Positions 47,000 through 57,093 of a stretch of 64,000 nucleotides of DNA are shown piece by piece. Position 1 is the stretch's first letter, and each line of letters starts with the position of its first letter. This DNA comes from a virus. Where the stretch lies: IMG/VR virus record IMGVR_UViG_3300021962_000023, positions 96,001 to 160,000 of that record; one strand, written 5' to 3'. Both the position numbers and the translations under genes were made by a program. The notes beneath the pieces were generated by a model, which was not told the origin of the DNA, did not search any database, and worked only from the letters and a program-made list of their open reading frames with translations.

Positions 47000-48201
47000 A
47001 AATCTCGTATTCCTTGTTTTTCGTAACTTACTGGTACTTTAATTCCGGTATTACATCCATTGCAATTATCGCAAAATGTGATGTATCCTAAATCAGTATA
47101 ACCCAAATCAAACTTTAGTAATTCTTCTTTTGAAATTGTGTTTATATCCACATAGTCATTTTCATTTAATGGAAATAACTTTGTTAATACAGCGCTAGTA
47201 TTAAGATGGCAATAATAAAACTTACCATCATTTAATCCTCTAAATGGTGCAGTACAACTATCAAAATGTTTGATTAGTCTATCGGTTGGTAGATTTTTCT
47301 TAATTCTTAAATCGCCAAAATCATACCATTCAATTTCATTTCTAACATAATGGTTGATATTTTGAGATTTTAAAGTTTCTATTACTTTTAAAACTTTTAC
47401 TTTTATATTTTCTAATTTATCTGTATAATCACTTACACTCAAAATAACATCACTACTTTTTAATAAATCCAATGTACTCTGCTTTGGAAGAATTGTACCA
47501 TTTGTTGTTATTATTAATTTATCTATTTTGAATGAATAGTTTGAAACAATATATCTAATAACATCTTCTATATGTGGATATAAAAATGGTTCACCACCTA
47601 CCAAATGAAATACACTAACATAATCTACTTTATTAAAAAATAAATCAATATCCGATTTTATTATTTCAAAATCTCTATGATTTGGTGATACAAAATGTGG
47701 CATAAACATATTACAATGAGAACATGCCAATGTACATCGTTCCGTTACCAAAACATCCGTTTGAAATATATGAACTTTATTTTCATATTTGAAAGGCCAA
47801 ATTGATACAATATTTTTATACCAAGTATATTTTATATTATGTTCATCTAAATATGTTGTATAAAGTTGTTTATAAACATCGGTTGTTATAATAACTTTTT
47901 CATCTATTTCAGCGGAGAAATCATCGATATGAATTAACTTTATATTTCTTCTATCGATTTTAATATTTTTGGATTGTCTAAAAAAGGAACTGATTTCATT
48001 TATGTCATCTACATTTGTAGTATCTTTTATACTATGGTCTACTATGTATTTAATTTTTAATTTCCTATCTCCCAATAATAAATCTAAACTTCTAATGAAT
48101 TGAACGCATTCTTTACTTGCACCAAATAAAACATATTCGGTATCTAAGTTCCACTCCGAAACGAACTTATCAAAATTATGTAATTCATCTTTATATAACA
48201 T
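46996..48201 (-). CDS. Radical SAM enzyme with N-terminal Rossmann-like extension
   Basis: CTLACSHC (CxxxCxxC), VGGEPFL, ITTNG; C-terminal Cys cluster. Confidence 0.9.
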   Translation of the reverse strand: MLYKDELHNFDKFVSEWNLDTEYVLFGASKECVQFIRSLDLLLGDRKLKIKYIVDHSIKDTTNVDDINEISSFFRQSKNIKIDRRNIKLIHIDDFSAEIDEKVIITTDVYKQLYTTYLDEHNIKYTWYKNIVSIWPFKYENKVHIFQTDVLVTERCTLACSHCNMFMPHFVSPNHRDFEIIKSDIDLFFNKVDYVSVFHLVGGEPFLYPHIEDVIRYIVSNYSFKIDKLIITTNGTILPKQSTLDLLKSSDVILSVSDYTDKLENIKVKVLKVIETLKSQNINHYVRNEIEWYDFGDLRIKKNLPTDRLIKHFDSCTAPFRGLNDGKFYYCHLNTSAVLTKLFPLNENDYVDINTISKEELLKFDLGYTDLGYITFCDNCNGCNTGIKVPVSYEKQGIRDL

Positions 48202-48202
48202 A

Positions 48203-48832
48203 TTAAAATGCTATCCACTTACCCGTTCCGTAATGTGGAAATTTTGATTTGTATTTGTAATAAATTACATCCGAAGGTACTTCTCTTTTTGTATTCCAAG
48301 TTGCTTTGGTTGGTGTATAAGTTGAAACATCATTATCTTCAACTACAAAATAAAGTGGTAAATCAAAGTTTCTTGCGTATTTGTGAACCTCATAGAATAT
48401 ACCACTTTCAAAACTCATATCTCCTATGAAACACCAAACCTTTTCATCGCTTCCTTTTTCTTTTATTCCCATTGCTACACCCAATGCAATAGATAAAGTT
48501 CCACCTACAATAGCAGATGAATAAAATTTCTCATCCGAATTACAAATAGTTATAGATTTTCCTTTAAGAATTTCTTCTTCAATCCAAACAGGACACACTT
48601 CTTTTAATAAAGCATGATAATGAGAACGCCATGTACTGAATATCCAATCCGTTGTTTTAATTCGTTTGAATATTTCTATAAGTTGTTCTTCGTTTCCATT
48701 TGATAAATGTATTGGGCCTCTGATTTTGGCATCTTCCCAATGCTTTATTATTAGTTCTTCAAATTCAATTAAAGATTGTGTAGTTTGGTTGATATCTCTT
48801 ATAATTGGATATTTTTCTAAATTTTTTATCAT
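48203..48832 (-). CDS. ThDP-dependent dehydrogenase E1 alpha-like subunit (209 aa)
   Basis: GPIHLSNGNE, STWRSHYHAL, AIVGG, CFIGDMS...FVVEDN ThDP-binding motif. Confidence 0.88.
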   Translation of the reverse strand: MIKNLEKYPIIRDINQTTQSLIEFEELIIKHWEDAKIRGPIHLSNGNEEQLIEIFKRIKTTDWIFSTWRSHYHALLKEVCPVWIEEEILKGKSITICNSDEKFYSSAIVGGTLSIALGVAMGIKEKGSDEKVWCFIGDMSFESGIFYEVHKYARNFDLPLYFVVEDNDVSTYTPTKATWNTKREVPSDVIYYKYKSKFPHYGTGKWIAF

Positions 48833-49584
48833 ATAACTTTTGTTTTTCTATTTTTTATTTTTTGATACATAAGTTTTGCAGCTTCCATATGACCTTCTAA
48901 ATTAAGATGTGGGTCTGGCACGGGACAATTGGGTATATCCATAATTCTCAATTTATTTTTTTCAGCCCAAGCTCCCATATTATCTCCATTAAATTTTATA
49001 AACTTATCGGATTCAGTAAACTGCATTGGATTGCCATCGTATGATAACCACAATGTATCAACTCCTTTATATCGTAACCAATTATCATACAATTCAATAT
49101 TTTTTTCTAAATTAGAAACCACATTATCTTCATTATAAATAAATGATAAATAGTTTGTATAGTAATCGTGTAATGGTTTAAATTCGGCTGAACCATAAAA
49201 TGGTGGTTCTTCGAATTCCGTTCTATTTAATTTTATAAACTTTTTTGCATAATCATAATAAACATGCTGTCTTGTAAACATCGTAACTTGCCCTATAAAT
49301 AATATTCGTTTAGTTACAACATTTCCTTTAAAATAATCGTATATTTTTTGAAAAATCAAATCATTCGATGACATCGATTCTCCAAAATTTATATATTTGC
49401 ATTCAAAGAGTTCTGATAAATAAGATATAAAATTATTATTATATTTAAAATTTAGTACATCTGGGTGCATGAATCCAATCGAATCATCGTTTATATTTTT
49501 TATAAATTTATAAACATTTGGATTATCCAATCCCCCACCTTCGGTAAAGCTACATCCAAATCCTATTATTAAATCGTAGTTCAT
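48829..49584 (-). CDS. SGNH/GDSL-like hydrolase
   Basis: GFGCSFT; DPHLNLEGH. Confidence 0.6.
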   Translation of the reverse strand: MNYDLIIGFGCSFTEGGGLDNPNVYKFIKNINDDSIGFMHPDVLNFKYNNNFISYLSELFECKYINFGESMSSNDLIFQKIYDYFKGNVVTKRILFIGQVTMFTRQHVYYDYAKKFIKLNRTEFEEPPFYGSAEFKPLHDYYTNYLSFIYNEDNVVSNLEKNIELYDNWLRYKGVDTLWLSYDGNPMQFTESDKFIKFNGDNMGAWAEKNKLRIMDIPNCPVPDPHLNLEGHMEAAKLMYQKIKNRKTKVI

Positions 49585-50414
49585 ATTATATTGTCGGGTT
49601 TAATTTTTTTATTTATATTCAATCTATTTAACATAATATTTGCAAACCAAAGGTGTCCTTTTTTTGACAAATGGAAATCATATATTGATTCTTCGGTATC
49701 GTGCCAAATCGTTAATTTTAATTTACGAAATATATTGAGCCATCCATAATCGAATGTATCTACTCCAGTATACTCTGTATCATATAAAGAAAAATCATAC
49801 ATTTCGGAATAATCATCGAATATATTGAATACCAATGGTTGTTTATTTGGAACATAATCGGTTCTAATTGATTCTAAATTCCAAAAGATAGTATTTTTTA
49901 CTATATTTGATTTATGTAAATATTTTGCCATATTTACCAAATTCATTAAACTTCTTTTGTAATAATATGTAGATGGTAACATATATTGCATAAAATCTTT
50001 ACTAGCTTTATATTCAATCTCACTTATGGGGTTTCCATCGTAAGTTTCAAAATCATTTCGTATCATATCATATGATATAGAATCCATTTCGTTTAAAAAA
50101 TATATATAGCCATCCGTAACTTCCTTTTTTTCTTTATTTTTATCATAAAACGGAAATTCGTATCGCGTAATAGTACTGCTACCAATGATAACAATATCAT
50201 CTTTAGTAAAATTTTCTAAATTTTCTATTACTCTAAGTAAAATTAGTTCATTTGTACTACCATTCATACTACAATCTTTCAAATCATAATCCAATGTAGT
50301 AGCTAATAATTTCGTCCATTTATAATTCTTATCAGCATGTTGATATTCAGGTATCTCTCCGTTCATACCATGCCCTGCTGTAAATGAATCACCAAATGTC
50401 CAAAGTGTAGGCAT
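49581..50414 (-). CDS. SGNH/GDSL-like hydrolase
   Basis: TFGDSFT; DFHLSKKGH. Confidence 0.65.
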   Translation of the reverse strand: MPTLWTFGDSFTAGHGMNGEIPEYQHADKNYKWTKLLATTLDYDLKDCSMNGSTNELILLRVIENLENFTKDDIVIIGSSTITRYEFPFYDKNKEKKEVTDGYIYFLNEMDSISYDMIRNDFETYDGNPISEIEYKASKDFMQYMLPSTYYYKRSLMNLVNMAKYLHKSNIVKNTIFWNLESIRTDYVPNKQPLVFNIFDDYSEMYDFSLYDTEYTGVDTFDYGWLNIFRKLKLTIWHDTEESIYDFHLSKKGHLWFANIMLNRLNINKKIKPDNII

Positions 50415-50950
50415 TATCTATCTCGTTTTTGTAATATTGGTTTATCAGTTGGCCATTCCATTTGGTATTCCGGGTCATTCCATTTAACAACACCTTGCTC
50501 ATCTGCATCAACATATCCATCTTTGTAGAATAGATTATAATGAAACATACAATCAGTTAATGCATAATGTCCATTTGCAAAACCCGGTGGAACTAATACC
50601 TGATTTCTTAATCTTTCTGAAATTATATAAGATTCCCAATCTCCATAAGTAGGGGAATCTTTTCTCATATCCAAAACAACTAAGTAAATATCACCAACTG
50701 CGGCTTGAACCAATTTCCAAGTTTTAGTATCCCAATGCAATCCTCTTAATACTCCTTTGTATGAACGAGAGAATCTTCCGTGAATTTCACATCCTTCGCT
50801 CACATAATTCATTACGGGATGTTCTTTCGAATGAAAGGTTGTAAATATTTCACCTCTATATTCTCTAAATACGGATGGTTGAAATAATGGAACTTGATAT
50901 CCAAATATGTTTGATGGAGTTTCTATGAACTCATCCCATTTATTACTCAT
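50414..50950 (-). CDS. rmlC: dTDP-4-dehydrorhamnose 3,5-epimerase family
   Basis: SYKGVLRGLH, KLVQ...DMRKDSPTYG, VPPGFANG, WNDP. Confidence 0.9.
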   Translation of the reverse strand: MSNKWDEFIETPSNIFGYQVPLFQPSVFREYRGEIFTTFHSKEHPVMNYVSEGCEIHGRFSRSYKGVLRGLHWDTKTWKLVQAAVGDIYLVVLDMRKDSPTYGDWESYIISERLRNQVLVPPGFANGHYALTDCMFHYNLFYKDGYVDADEQGVVKWNDPEYQMEWPTDKPILQKRDR

Positions 50951-50952
50951 AG

Positions 50953-51918
50953 TTAAAAATTTTGTGCATATCCTAACGGAAACCCATTTCTAAATTCAGA
51001 ACTCATTTTTGGAACTACCATTTGATATGCCATTATTAGTTCGGCAATACCCCCATCCAAACTCCATTCAGGATACCAACCAGTCGCTTCTATTTTAGCG
51101 TTGGATACGATGTAATCCCTTTTATCAGGGTCCTCATAAAAGTCGTTGTATGATACCGCAAAATCCCTTACATGCAATTGTATTTTTTCTAACAATTCTT
51201 GCTTACTCAAATTTGCATCACTCAATCCAACATTAAATACTTCACCTCTATAATCATCATAATTTTCTAACATAAAAAGAAATGCAGATGCTACATCTTG
51301 AATATGAATAAAATTTCGTTTAAATGTTTTTTCAAATACAACAATGTATTTATCGGTAATTGCTTTATAAGTAAAATCATTTACTAATAAATCGGTTCTC
51401 ATTCTCGGAGATACACCAAATACAGTTGCCAACCTAAATGTAATTGCCGATGTGTTTGCTCTTAAAAAGTTTTCTGCATCGCATTTAGTTTGTCCATAAA
51501 CTGAAATAGGAGTGAGTGGTGATTCTTCCGTACATTTTGTTTGTCCAACTCCAATTCCATATCCACTATTTGTATTTGGATATAGAATCTTCTTATTTTT
51601 TGCAAATTTTACAATATTAAAGATTTGGTCAAAGTTAATTTCTTTTGCCAATTTAGGGTCAGCTGCACAAGCGGGAAATCCTACAATAGCAGCTAAAGGA
51701 ATAACAACTTCTGCATCATTACAAAGTTGTTCTAATAGAGTTACATTACGAACATCTCCATAAATAAATTTAAATTTTAGGTTAGATGTATATTGTAACA
51801 ATGAGGTTTGATTAAATAGTAATTTATCCAATACCACAACTTCATGTCCGGCATTTAACATTTTACCAACAATAACCGAACCTAAGTAACCGGCTCCACC
51901 TGTGATTAATACTTTCAT
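50953..51918 (-). CDS. NAD-dependent NDP-sugar epimerase/dehydratase (extended SDR)
   Basis: ITGGAGYLG; YGQTK (YxxxK); RLATVFG. Confidence 0.9.
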   Translation of the reverse strand: MKVLITGGAGYLGSVIVGKMLNAGHEVVVLDKLLFNQTSLLQYTSNLKFKFIYGDVRNVTLLEQLCNDAEVVIPLAAIVGFPACAADPKLAKEINFDQIFNIVKFAKNKKILYPNTNSGYGIGVGQTKCTEESPLTPISVYGQTKCDAENFLRANTSAITFRLATVFGVSPRMRTDLLVNDFTYKAITDKYIVVFEKTFKRNFIHIQDVASAFLFMLENYDDYRGEVFNVGLSDANLSKQELLEKIQLHVRDFAVSYNDFYEDPDKRDYIVSNAKIEATGWYPEWSLDGGIAELIMAYQMVVPKMSSEFRNGFPLGYAQNF

Positions 51919-51919
51919 A

Positions 51920-52654
51920 TTATAACTTTTCTAAATCTTTACAATGTTTCATTAAGTGATTATTATTTCCAGTCATGTCCCAAAATTTATAATCAGTTTC
52001 AGTTTTGAAATCAAAACAACACAATAAACCTAATTCATTTTTAGTTAAACATCTGAATCCATGTTTATTTTCTTTTACATATTTATCGATGTTTTTTCTG
52101 AAATCATTTATTGTAGAACCATCTAATTTTTTGTTAGATACTGTGAAGAAATCAGTATAACATTCTTGTGCCCAACTAAAGTCACCTTTAGTATCAGCTG
52201 CTCCAATAAAATAAGGTGCGTTGATATAATCTCTCAACTTACCTGCCAATGTTTCGGAATAAACTAATTCATCATCTATCCAAAATTCATAGGTAAATGT
52301 TTCACCATCCCAATTTAATGTAAATAAATGTGGTTCATTCCAAAATGCTTCATCTTTATAGAATAAAATTTTATCAGCATATTTTTCTTCTTCGTTTTCA
52401 ACATACCAAAAATTTAACATCAACATATCAGGCTTTCTATAAACGATTCCCGTATGTAATCCTCTTCTCATAAAGATTCCAGCCATATCATCTATTTTAG
52501 AATCATCTTCACTTCGTTTCCAAGTTCCACTTATAGTCCAACTTGATTCATTCATTACATAAAACGCAGAGGTATCAATGATACCATAAGCGTTGTGTGG
52601 CCACCAAGGTAAATCTGCTAAAATTAATGGCGCTTTGTGTGATACTTTATACAT
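51920..52654 (-). CDS. Stand-alone LamG-like domain protein
   Basis: HLFTLNWDG...FWIDD...YFIGA; similar to the inserts in the two GT7 genes. Confidence 0.55.
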   Translation of the reverse strand: MYKVSHKAPLILADLPWWPHNAYGIIDTSAFYVMNESSWTISGTWKRSEDDSKIDDMAGIFMRRGLHTGIVYRKPDMLMLNFWYVENEEEKYADKILFYKDEAFWNEPHLFTLNWDGETFTYEFWIDDELVYSETLAGKLRDYINAPYFIGAADTKGDFSWAQECYTDFFTVSNKKLDGSTINDFRKNIDKYVKENKHGFRCLTKNELGLLCCFDFKTETDYKFWDMTGNNNHLMKHCKDLEKL

Positions 52655-54054
52655 TATAACTTAATTTCTTTTGTAAAGTGATAAAATTCTTCTAATTCAG
52701 GGAATGTTTTACAAAAATCAGTTCCTCTTCTTTTATCATGTTCGCTGAAGAATTTATAAAAATTGTAACGTGATTTATGTAATTCCATAGCATCGATAGG
52801 CGAAATCGCCCAATCGTATGTTCTTTTTAATTTTTGAATTTCCAAATCGGAATATCCAACATACCCCTTTGAATAATATGGAATTCCATAATAGAATGCC
52901 AATTGAGCTTGGTCAAATATGTTTTGTTTAAATTGATGTGGAAGTACTTGAACAGTTTGATGACGAGGATGTCTTAAATATGATGTATCCAATAATACTG
53001 GCGATAACCAGTATCTATCATCACCAGCATATTCTCTTTTCAAATCATATACTCCTTTAATTAATTTATCAAAACTGAATACTGATAACATATTGTATGT
53101 TACCATAAATGTAATAGTGATTCTTGGAACTTCTCTTAAAATTCTATTTACATTATTCCAAAAACGATTAAACTCCAATCCATTACGAATATATTCAGCT
53201 TGCTCACCCCATCCATCGCATGATGTAAATAACACAAATCCTTTTACTTTATCTTCTTCGGTAATTCTTTTTAATTTTTCAATTAATTTAGTAATCAACT
53301 CATCGGGTACACCTAAATTTGAATTGATTGAAAAATCTAAATTTTTATTTGGATTTGGTTCATCAATAATATAATCCAATACTTTCCAAGTATCTTTATG
53401 CATTAAAGGTTCACCGCCAGTAATTCTAAAGGTATGTAAATCCCTATATAAGTCAGGCCACCATTTCCAAAATGCTTCTACATATGGATTATGTTCTCTC
53501 AATGGAATTGGCATCTTTTGTTCTGCTGCCAAATGTTTTAAATCATTAAAACTATCCGTTGTATTATATGCACCATATTGTTGAATTTCCTCCATCCATT
53601 TAGTAGAAAATGTAGGTGAACAATATGAACATGCAAAGTTACAAGCATTTGAGAATGCAACTTCTACATAACGTGGGTTAAAATCATCTCTCCAATTTGA
53701 ATTAATGATTTGGTCTGCTAAAGGCCAACTCCAATCTTCCGATGATTTAAAAACTCTATCAGAATACAAATCGGAATTATCCTCAACCCCCCAACAATAA
53801 TCACATTCAGAAGGTCTTGCGCCATTCATCATTTCTTTTCTTCTTTGCTTTTTAAACAAAGTGTTATGGAGTGCTGATGGATTCCGTTTAATCTCTTGTT
53901 CGGAAACTTTATGAGTATTAGGGTGGTGACACGAGTGATTGTGACCAGTGTGTAAGTGCGTTGTGACTTGTGTCCATTTCGCCAAACACATTCCCTTACC
54001 TACATTATCCAATGTATTCTTTACTTCTTCGTAAAGTGGTTTTTTATATGCCAT
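52654..54054 (-). CDS. Radical SAM protein with twitch-type auxiliary Cys/His cluster
   Basis: CLAKW...SCHH...CDYCW; CNFACSYC; ITGGEPLM. Confidence 0.9.
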   Translation of the reverse strand: MAYKKPLYEEVKNTLDNVGKGMCLAKWTQVTTHLHTGHNHSCHHPNTHKVSEQEIKRNPSALHNTLFKKQRRKEMMNGARPSECDYCWGVEDNSDLYSDRVFKSSEDWSWPLADQIINSNWRDDFNPRYVEVAFSNACNFACSYCSPTFSTKWMEEIQQYGAYNTTDSFNDLKHLAAEQKMPIPLREHNPYVEAFWKWWPDLYRDLHTFRITGGEPLMHKDTWKVLDYIIDEPNPNKNLDFSINSNLGVPDELITKLIEKLKRITEEDKVKGFVLFTSCDGWGEQAEYIRNGLEFNRFWNNVNRILREVPRITITFMVTYNMLSVFSFDKLIKGVYDLKREYAGDDRYWLSPVLLDTSYLRHPRHQTVQVLPHQFKQNIFDQAQLAFYYGIPYYSKGYVGYSDLEIQKLKRTYDWAISPIDAMELHKSRYNFYKFFSEHDKRRGTDFCKTFPELEEFYHFTKEIKL

Positions 54055-54056
54055 AA

Positions 54057-55463
54057 CTATGCTTTAACATTTATTAATTTGTGTTTATTATATATAGTAT
54101 CAATTGATAATAATTCGTATTTCATAGAATTTATACCATCCGATTTGTAATCAATACTTCCTTGCTGCATTTGTAAAACATATCGTCTTTCGTTTCTTGC
54201 AGTGGTTTCACCTTTTGCCCATTTATCTATTCCACCTTCATTTATCAACCCTTCCGTTTGATGAGGTAAACATCTAAATTTACCATTTCTTCTATGTGGT
54301 AATATCGTATGTGGTATTTCTATTTTTTCTTTTCTATATTCAACATTTGTAGATTCTCCAAAATCCAAATTCATAGTAAATAAATCTAAAACTAAATTAT
54401 CTTCTGGAAATTTGATGTGTAAATTTTTAATTTCTTTAGGAGTCAAACATCTATCCCACATTGCTATCGATGCAACTGCTCCTTTAAAAAAAGATTCAAC
54501 GGGAGATTTTGAATATCCAATATAAAACGGCTCCATACCATATCGTTTCAATGGTTCATTATATATTAAGGGAGATTGTGTACCCGTTCCCAATCTTGCA
54601 TCACTTTCTCTACCATTTAAATAGAAATGTATTTTTTTATTATCTGCATCAACAGCCATTGTAATCCAACTCCATTGATTCTCATATCTTTTAATCCATT
54701 GATACAAATGCCCTTTCATTCTATCCCAAAGTTGCATTGTATATGCTCTACTATTATTAAACGATAATCCCCAATCATAACCAGGTTTTCTGAAGATTGG
54801 ATATTCCATAAATTGTCTATTATTATCTCCAATTAGCCAAATAGGAACTTTTTCAATTTGCTGTTCAGCTTTTACTAATACTGAAATAGTATGTGAGTTT
54901 GAAATACAATTCTTTTGTTCTCTCGAAGGTCTAAATTCTATTTTCGAATCTACACCATTAAAATATGCTACAACTTGCTCTTCGTTATAATCTAATTTAG
55001 TTTTTTCAGCATATCCTTCCATCACACATCTCCAAAATAAATCATCATCTTCCATTCCCCAATCCCAATAATCATTAGAGTACCCATTAGTTCGTTCAAC
55101 TTGTTCCTTAGAAAACACAACCGCTCCTCCAAAGTATTCTTCATATTTTAATTGATAATCCGATTGTGAGATACGAACTGCAATGTGTTGGGGATTATCA
55201 TTAGGAAACGAATAATCACAACTCTCATCTTCAGGAACCATATCTATATCATGCCAAACGATGTAATCACATCCATCATCAAATGCATGTTTAGCTGCAA
55301 TGTTTTTCATTAAACCTCTATTGAATAATTTATCATCACATTGATGTGCTAAATAAATTGTATGTTCAATTCCCCTCTCTTCCAAAAACTTTGAAACATG
55401 AGGAACAAACTCATTCATATGAGCTTCTCTATTTCTATATGGTACACATACTCCTAATTTCAT
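54057..55463 (-). CDS. GT7 (beta-1,4-galactosyltransferase-like) glycosyltransferase with inserted LamG domain
   Basis: VPYRNR, FNRGLMKN, WHDIDM, YFGG, GYSNDYWDWGMEDDDL, then LamG, then GKFRCLPH...DGINS. Confidence 0.85.
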   Translation of the reverse strand: MKLGVCVPYRNREAHMNEFVPHVSKFLEERGIEHTIYLAHQCDDKLFNRGLMKNIAAKHAFDDGCDYIVWHDIDMVPEDESCDYSFPNDNPQHIAVRISQSDYQLKYEEYFGGAVVFSKEQVERTNGYSNDYWDWGMEDDDLFWRCVMEGYAEKTKLDYNEEQVVAYFNGVDSKIEFRPSREQKNCISNSHTISVLVKAEQQIEKVPIWLIGDNNRQFMEYPIFRKPGYDWGLSFNNSRAYTMQLWDRMKGHLYQWIKRYENQWSWITMAVDADNKKIHFYLNGRESDARLGTGTQSPLIYNEPLKRYGMEPFYIGYSKSPVESFFKGAVASIAMWDRCLTPKEIKNLHIKFPEDNLVLDLFTMNLDFGESTNVEYRKEKIEIPHTILPHRRNGKFRCLPHQTEGLINEGGIDKWAKGETTARNERRYVLQMQQGSIDYKSDGINSMKYELLSIDTIYNKHKLINVKA

Positions 55464-56878
55464 TATATACCTACATTTATTATTCTAATATTTTTATCAG
55501 ATTTTTTAACACCATGTTCTATGAATTCCAAAGTTGATAAACCATCATTTTTTAATAATTCATCATTATCAATTACTTCGTTTACAAATCGTAATTGATT
55601 CCATCGAGTACATTCATTTTTCCATTTATTTCCTAAAAAGCCATTTTCATCATGTTTTAATGATTTAAATTTACTCTTTCTTCTATGTGGAATTAAATAT
55701 TTAATTTCATCGGAATCCGATGTTTCTACCATTTCACAAGCAATTATATCTGCATAATTTTTATGACCTGATAAATCTTTTAATCTATACTCATAAATTT
55801 TAGATGCATCATAATACATTTGTAAAGAAGTAGATTTTGGTAGTAATTCATCCAATTCAGTTCCCATTTTATAGATGGTATCCTCATTTAAAACTTCATC
55901 AAAATAAGCAAACGATTTAAAATATCCTTTAAACCAATTTGGTATAAGTTCTCTGTTTGGATTCCCTACTCCAATATAAAACTCTTTAGCAATTTTATAA
56001 TCAACTAAAAATTTTCTAATACTATCAGTTTTACCAACACAAATACCATCTTGATAAACGCTTATAATCTTTTCATCTGAATCATAAGTCAATGTAATAT
56101 TTGTTAAGTAGTTTGGTTTAATTTCTGAATTTATAAAATGAGAATTTAGTTTATAATCAAATGCACAAAAGTTGTATCTATGAAATGATGTATATGAAAT
56201 AGCAAAATCATATCCAGGTATACTGAATATTGTAAATTCATCAGATTCTTTATTGTGGTCTAATTTTAATTCATCTGGACAAAATGTCAATGATAAAGTA
56301 AAATGATAATTAAAGTCTATTATATTTTTTACTTTTATATAAGAATCAATTCCATTTAATTTTAAAAGTTTACGATTTCCAATATTTTTAAAATATTTAG
56401 TATCAAGTGATACATTATACTTTTTACATCTTAATAATAAATCATCATCTTCATAACCCCATCCCCAATATTTATTAGAATACCCATCAATTGATTCAAA
56501 TACTTTTGTTGGAAACATTGTTACACCACCAAAGTAAGTATCAAATATTTCTCTCTTTTTTTCATCAATAGAGTATTGAAAATCGGTTGCTAAATGTAAT
56601 GGTATATCTGAATAAGAATAATCAACACTCAATGGAATCATATCTACATCGTGAAATACTACATAATCGCATTTTAGTTTTTTTGCATAAGTAAATCCAA
56701 TATTAAGAAGCATACCACGATTGAATAATTTAGCATCATCTTGTTCAACTATAATTAATTCGTAATCGATACGAGCACTACTGAAGTAATTAATCAATGA
56801 TTGCTTAAATGCTTCTAAATGTTCGTATCGATTTCTATATGGTACAATGATTCCTAATTTGTGATTAGTCTGCATCAC
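55463..56878 (-). CDS. GT7 glycosyltransferase with inserted LamG domain (paralogue)
   Basis: VPYRNR, FNRGMLLN, FHDVDM, YFGGV, GYSNKYWGWGYEDDDL, then LamG, then SKFKSLKH...DGLST. Confidence 0.85.
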   Translation of the reverse strand: MMQTNHKLGIIVPYRNRYEHLEAFKQSLINYFSSARIDYELIIVEQDDAKLFNRGMLLNIGFTYAKKLKCDYVVFHDVDMIPLSVDYSYSDIPLHLATDFQYSIDEKKREIFDTYFGGVTMFPTKVFESIDGYSNKYWGWGYEDDDLLLRCKKYNVSLDTKYFKNIGNRKLLKLNGIDSYIKVKNIIDFNYHFTLSLTFCPDELKLDHNKESDEFTIFSIPGYDFAISYTSFHRYNFCAFDYKLNSHFINSEIKPNYLTNITLTYDSDEKIISVYQDGICVGKTDSIRKFLVDYKIAKEFYIGVGNPNRELIPNWFKGYFKSFAYFDEVLNEDTIYKMGTELDELLPKSTSLQMYYDASKIYEYRLKDLSGHKNYADIIACEMVETSDSDEIKYLIPHRRKSKFKSLKHDENGFLGNKWKNECTRWNQLRFVNEVIDNDELLKNDGLSTLEFIEHGVKKSDKNIRIINVGI

Positions 56879-57077
56879 CCTCTACTACCTTTTTGTGAAA
56901 TTCAGCTAAATACCATTGTATTCTTTCACCCCACTCATCTTTATCAATTTCTTCAAACCAAACAGTTAATGCATCTAAAGAGTTTGCAATCTTTTCTAAT
57001 GCTTTAACTTTTTTAGCTTCTAATAATAATAATTCAGATGCTTCTTGCGTTTCTTGTTGTTCTTTTTTTGTAGACAT
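56865..57077 (-). CDS. Small hypothetical protein
   Basis: Same-strand helical ORF directly behind a host-type promoter. Confidence 0.55.
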   Translation of the reverse strand: MSTKKEQQETQEASELLLLEAKKVKALEKIANSLDALTVWFEEIDKDEWGERIQWYLAEFHKKVVEGDAD

Positions 57078-57093
57078 AACTTTATTATTTTTA

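Noticed and set aside
37085-48832. E1 alpha/beta as a pyruvate dehydrogenase auxiliary metabolic gene
   Set aside because: Both subunits are truncated, there is no E2/E3 in the window, and the context is sugar-nucleotide biosynthesis. Kept only as the branched-sugar hypothesis.
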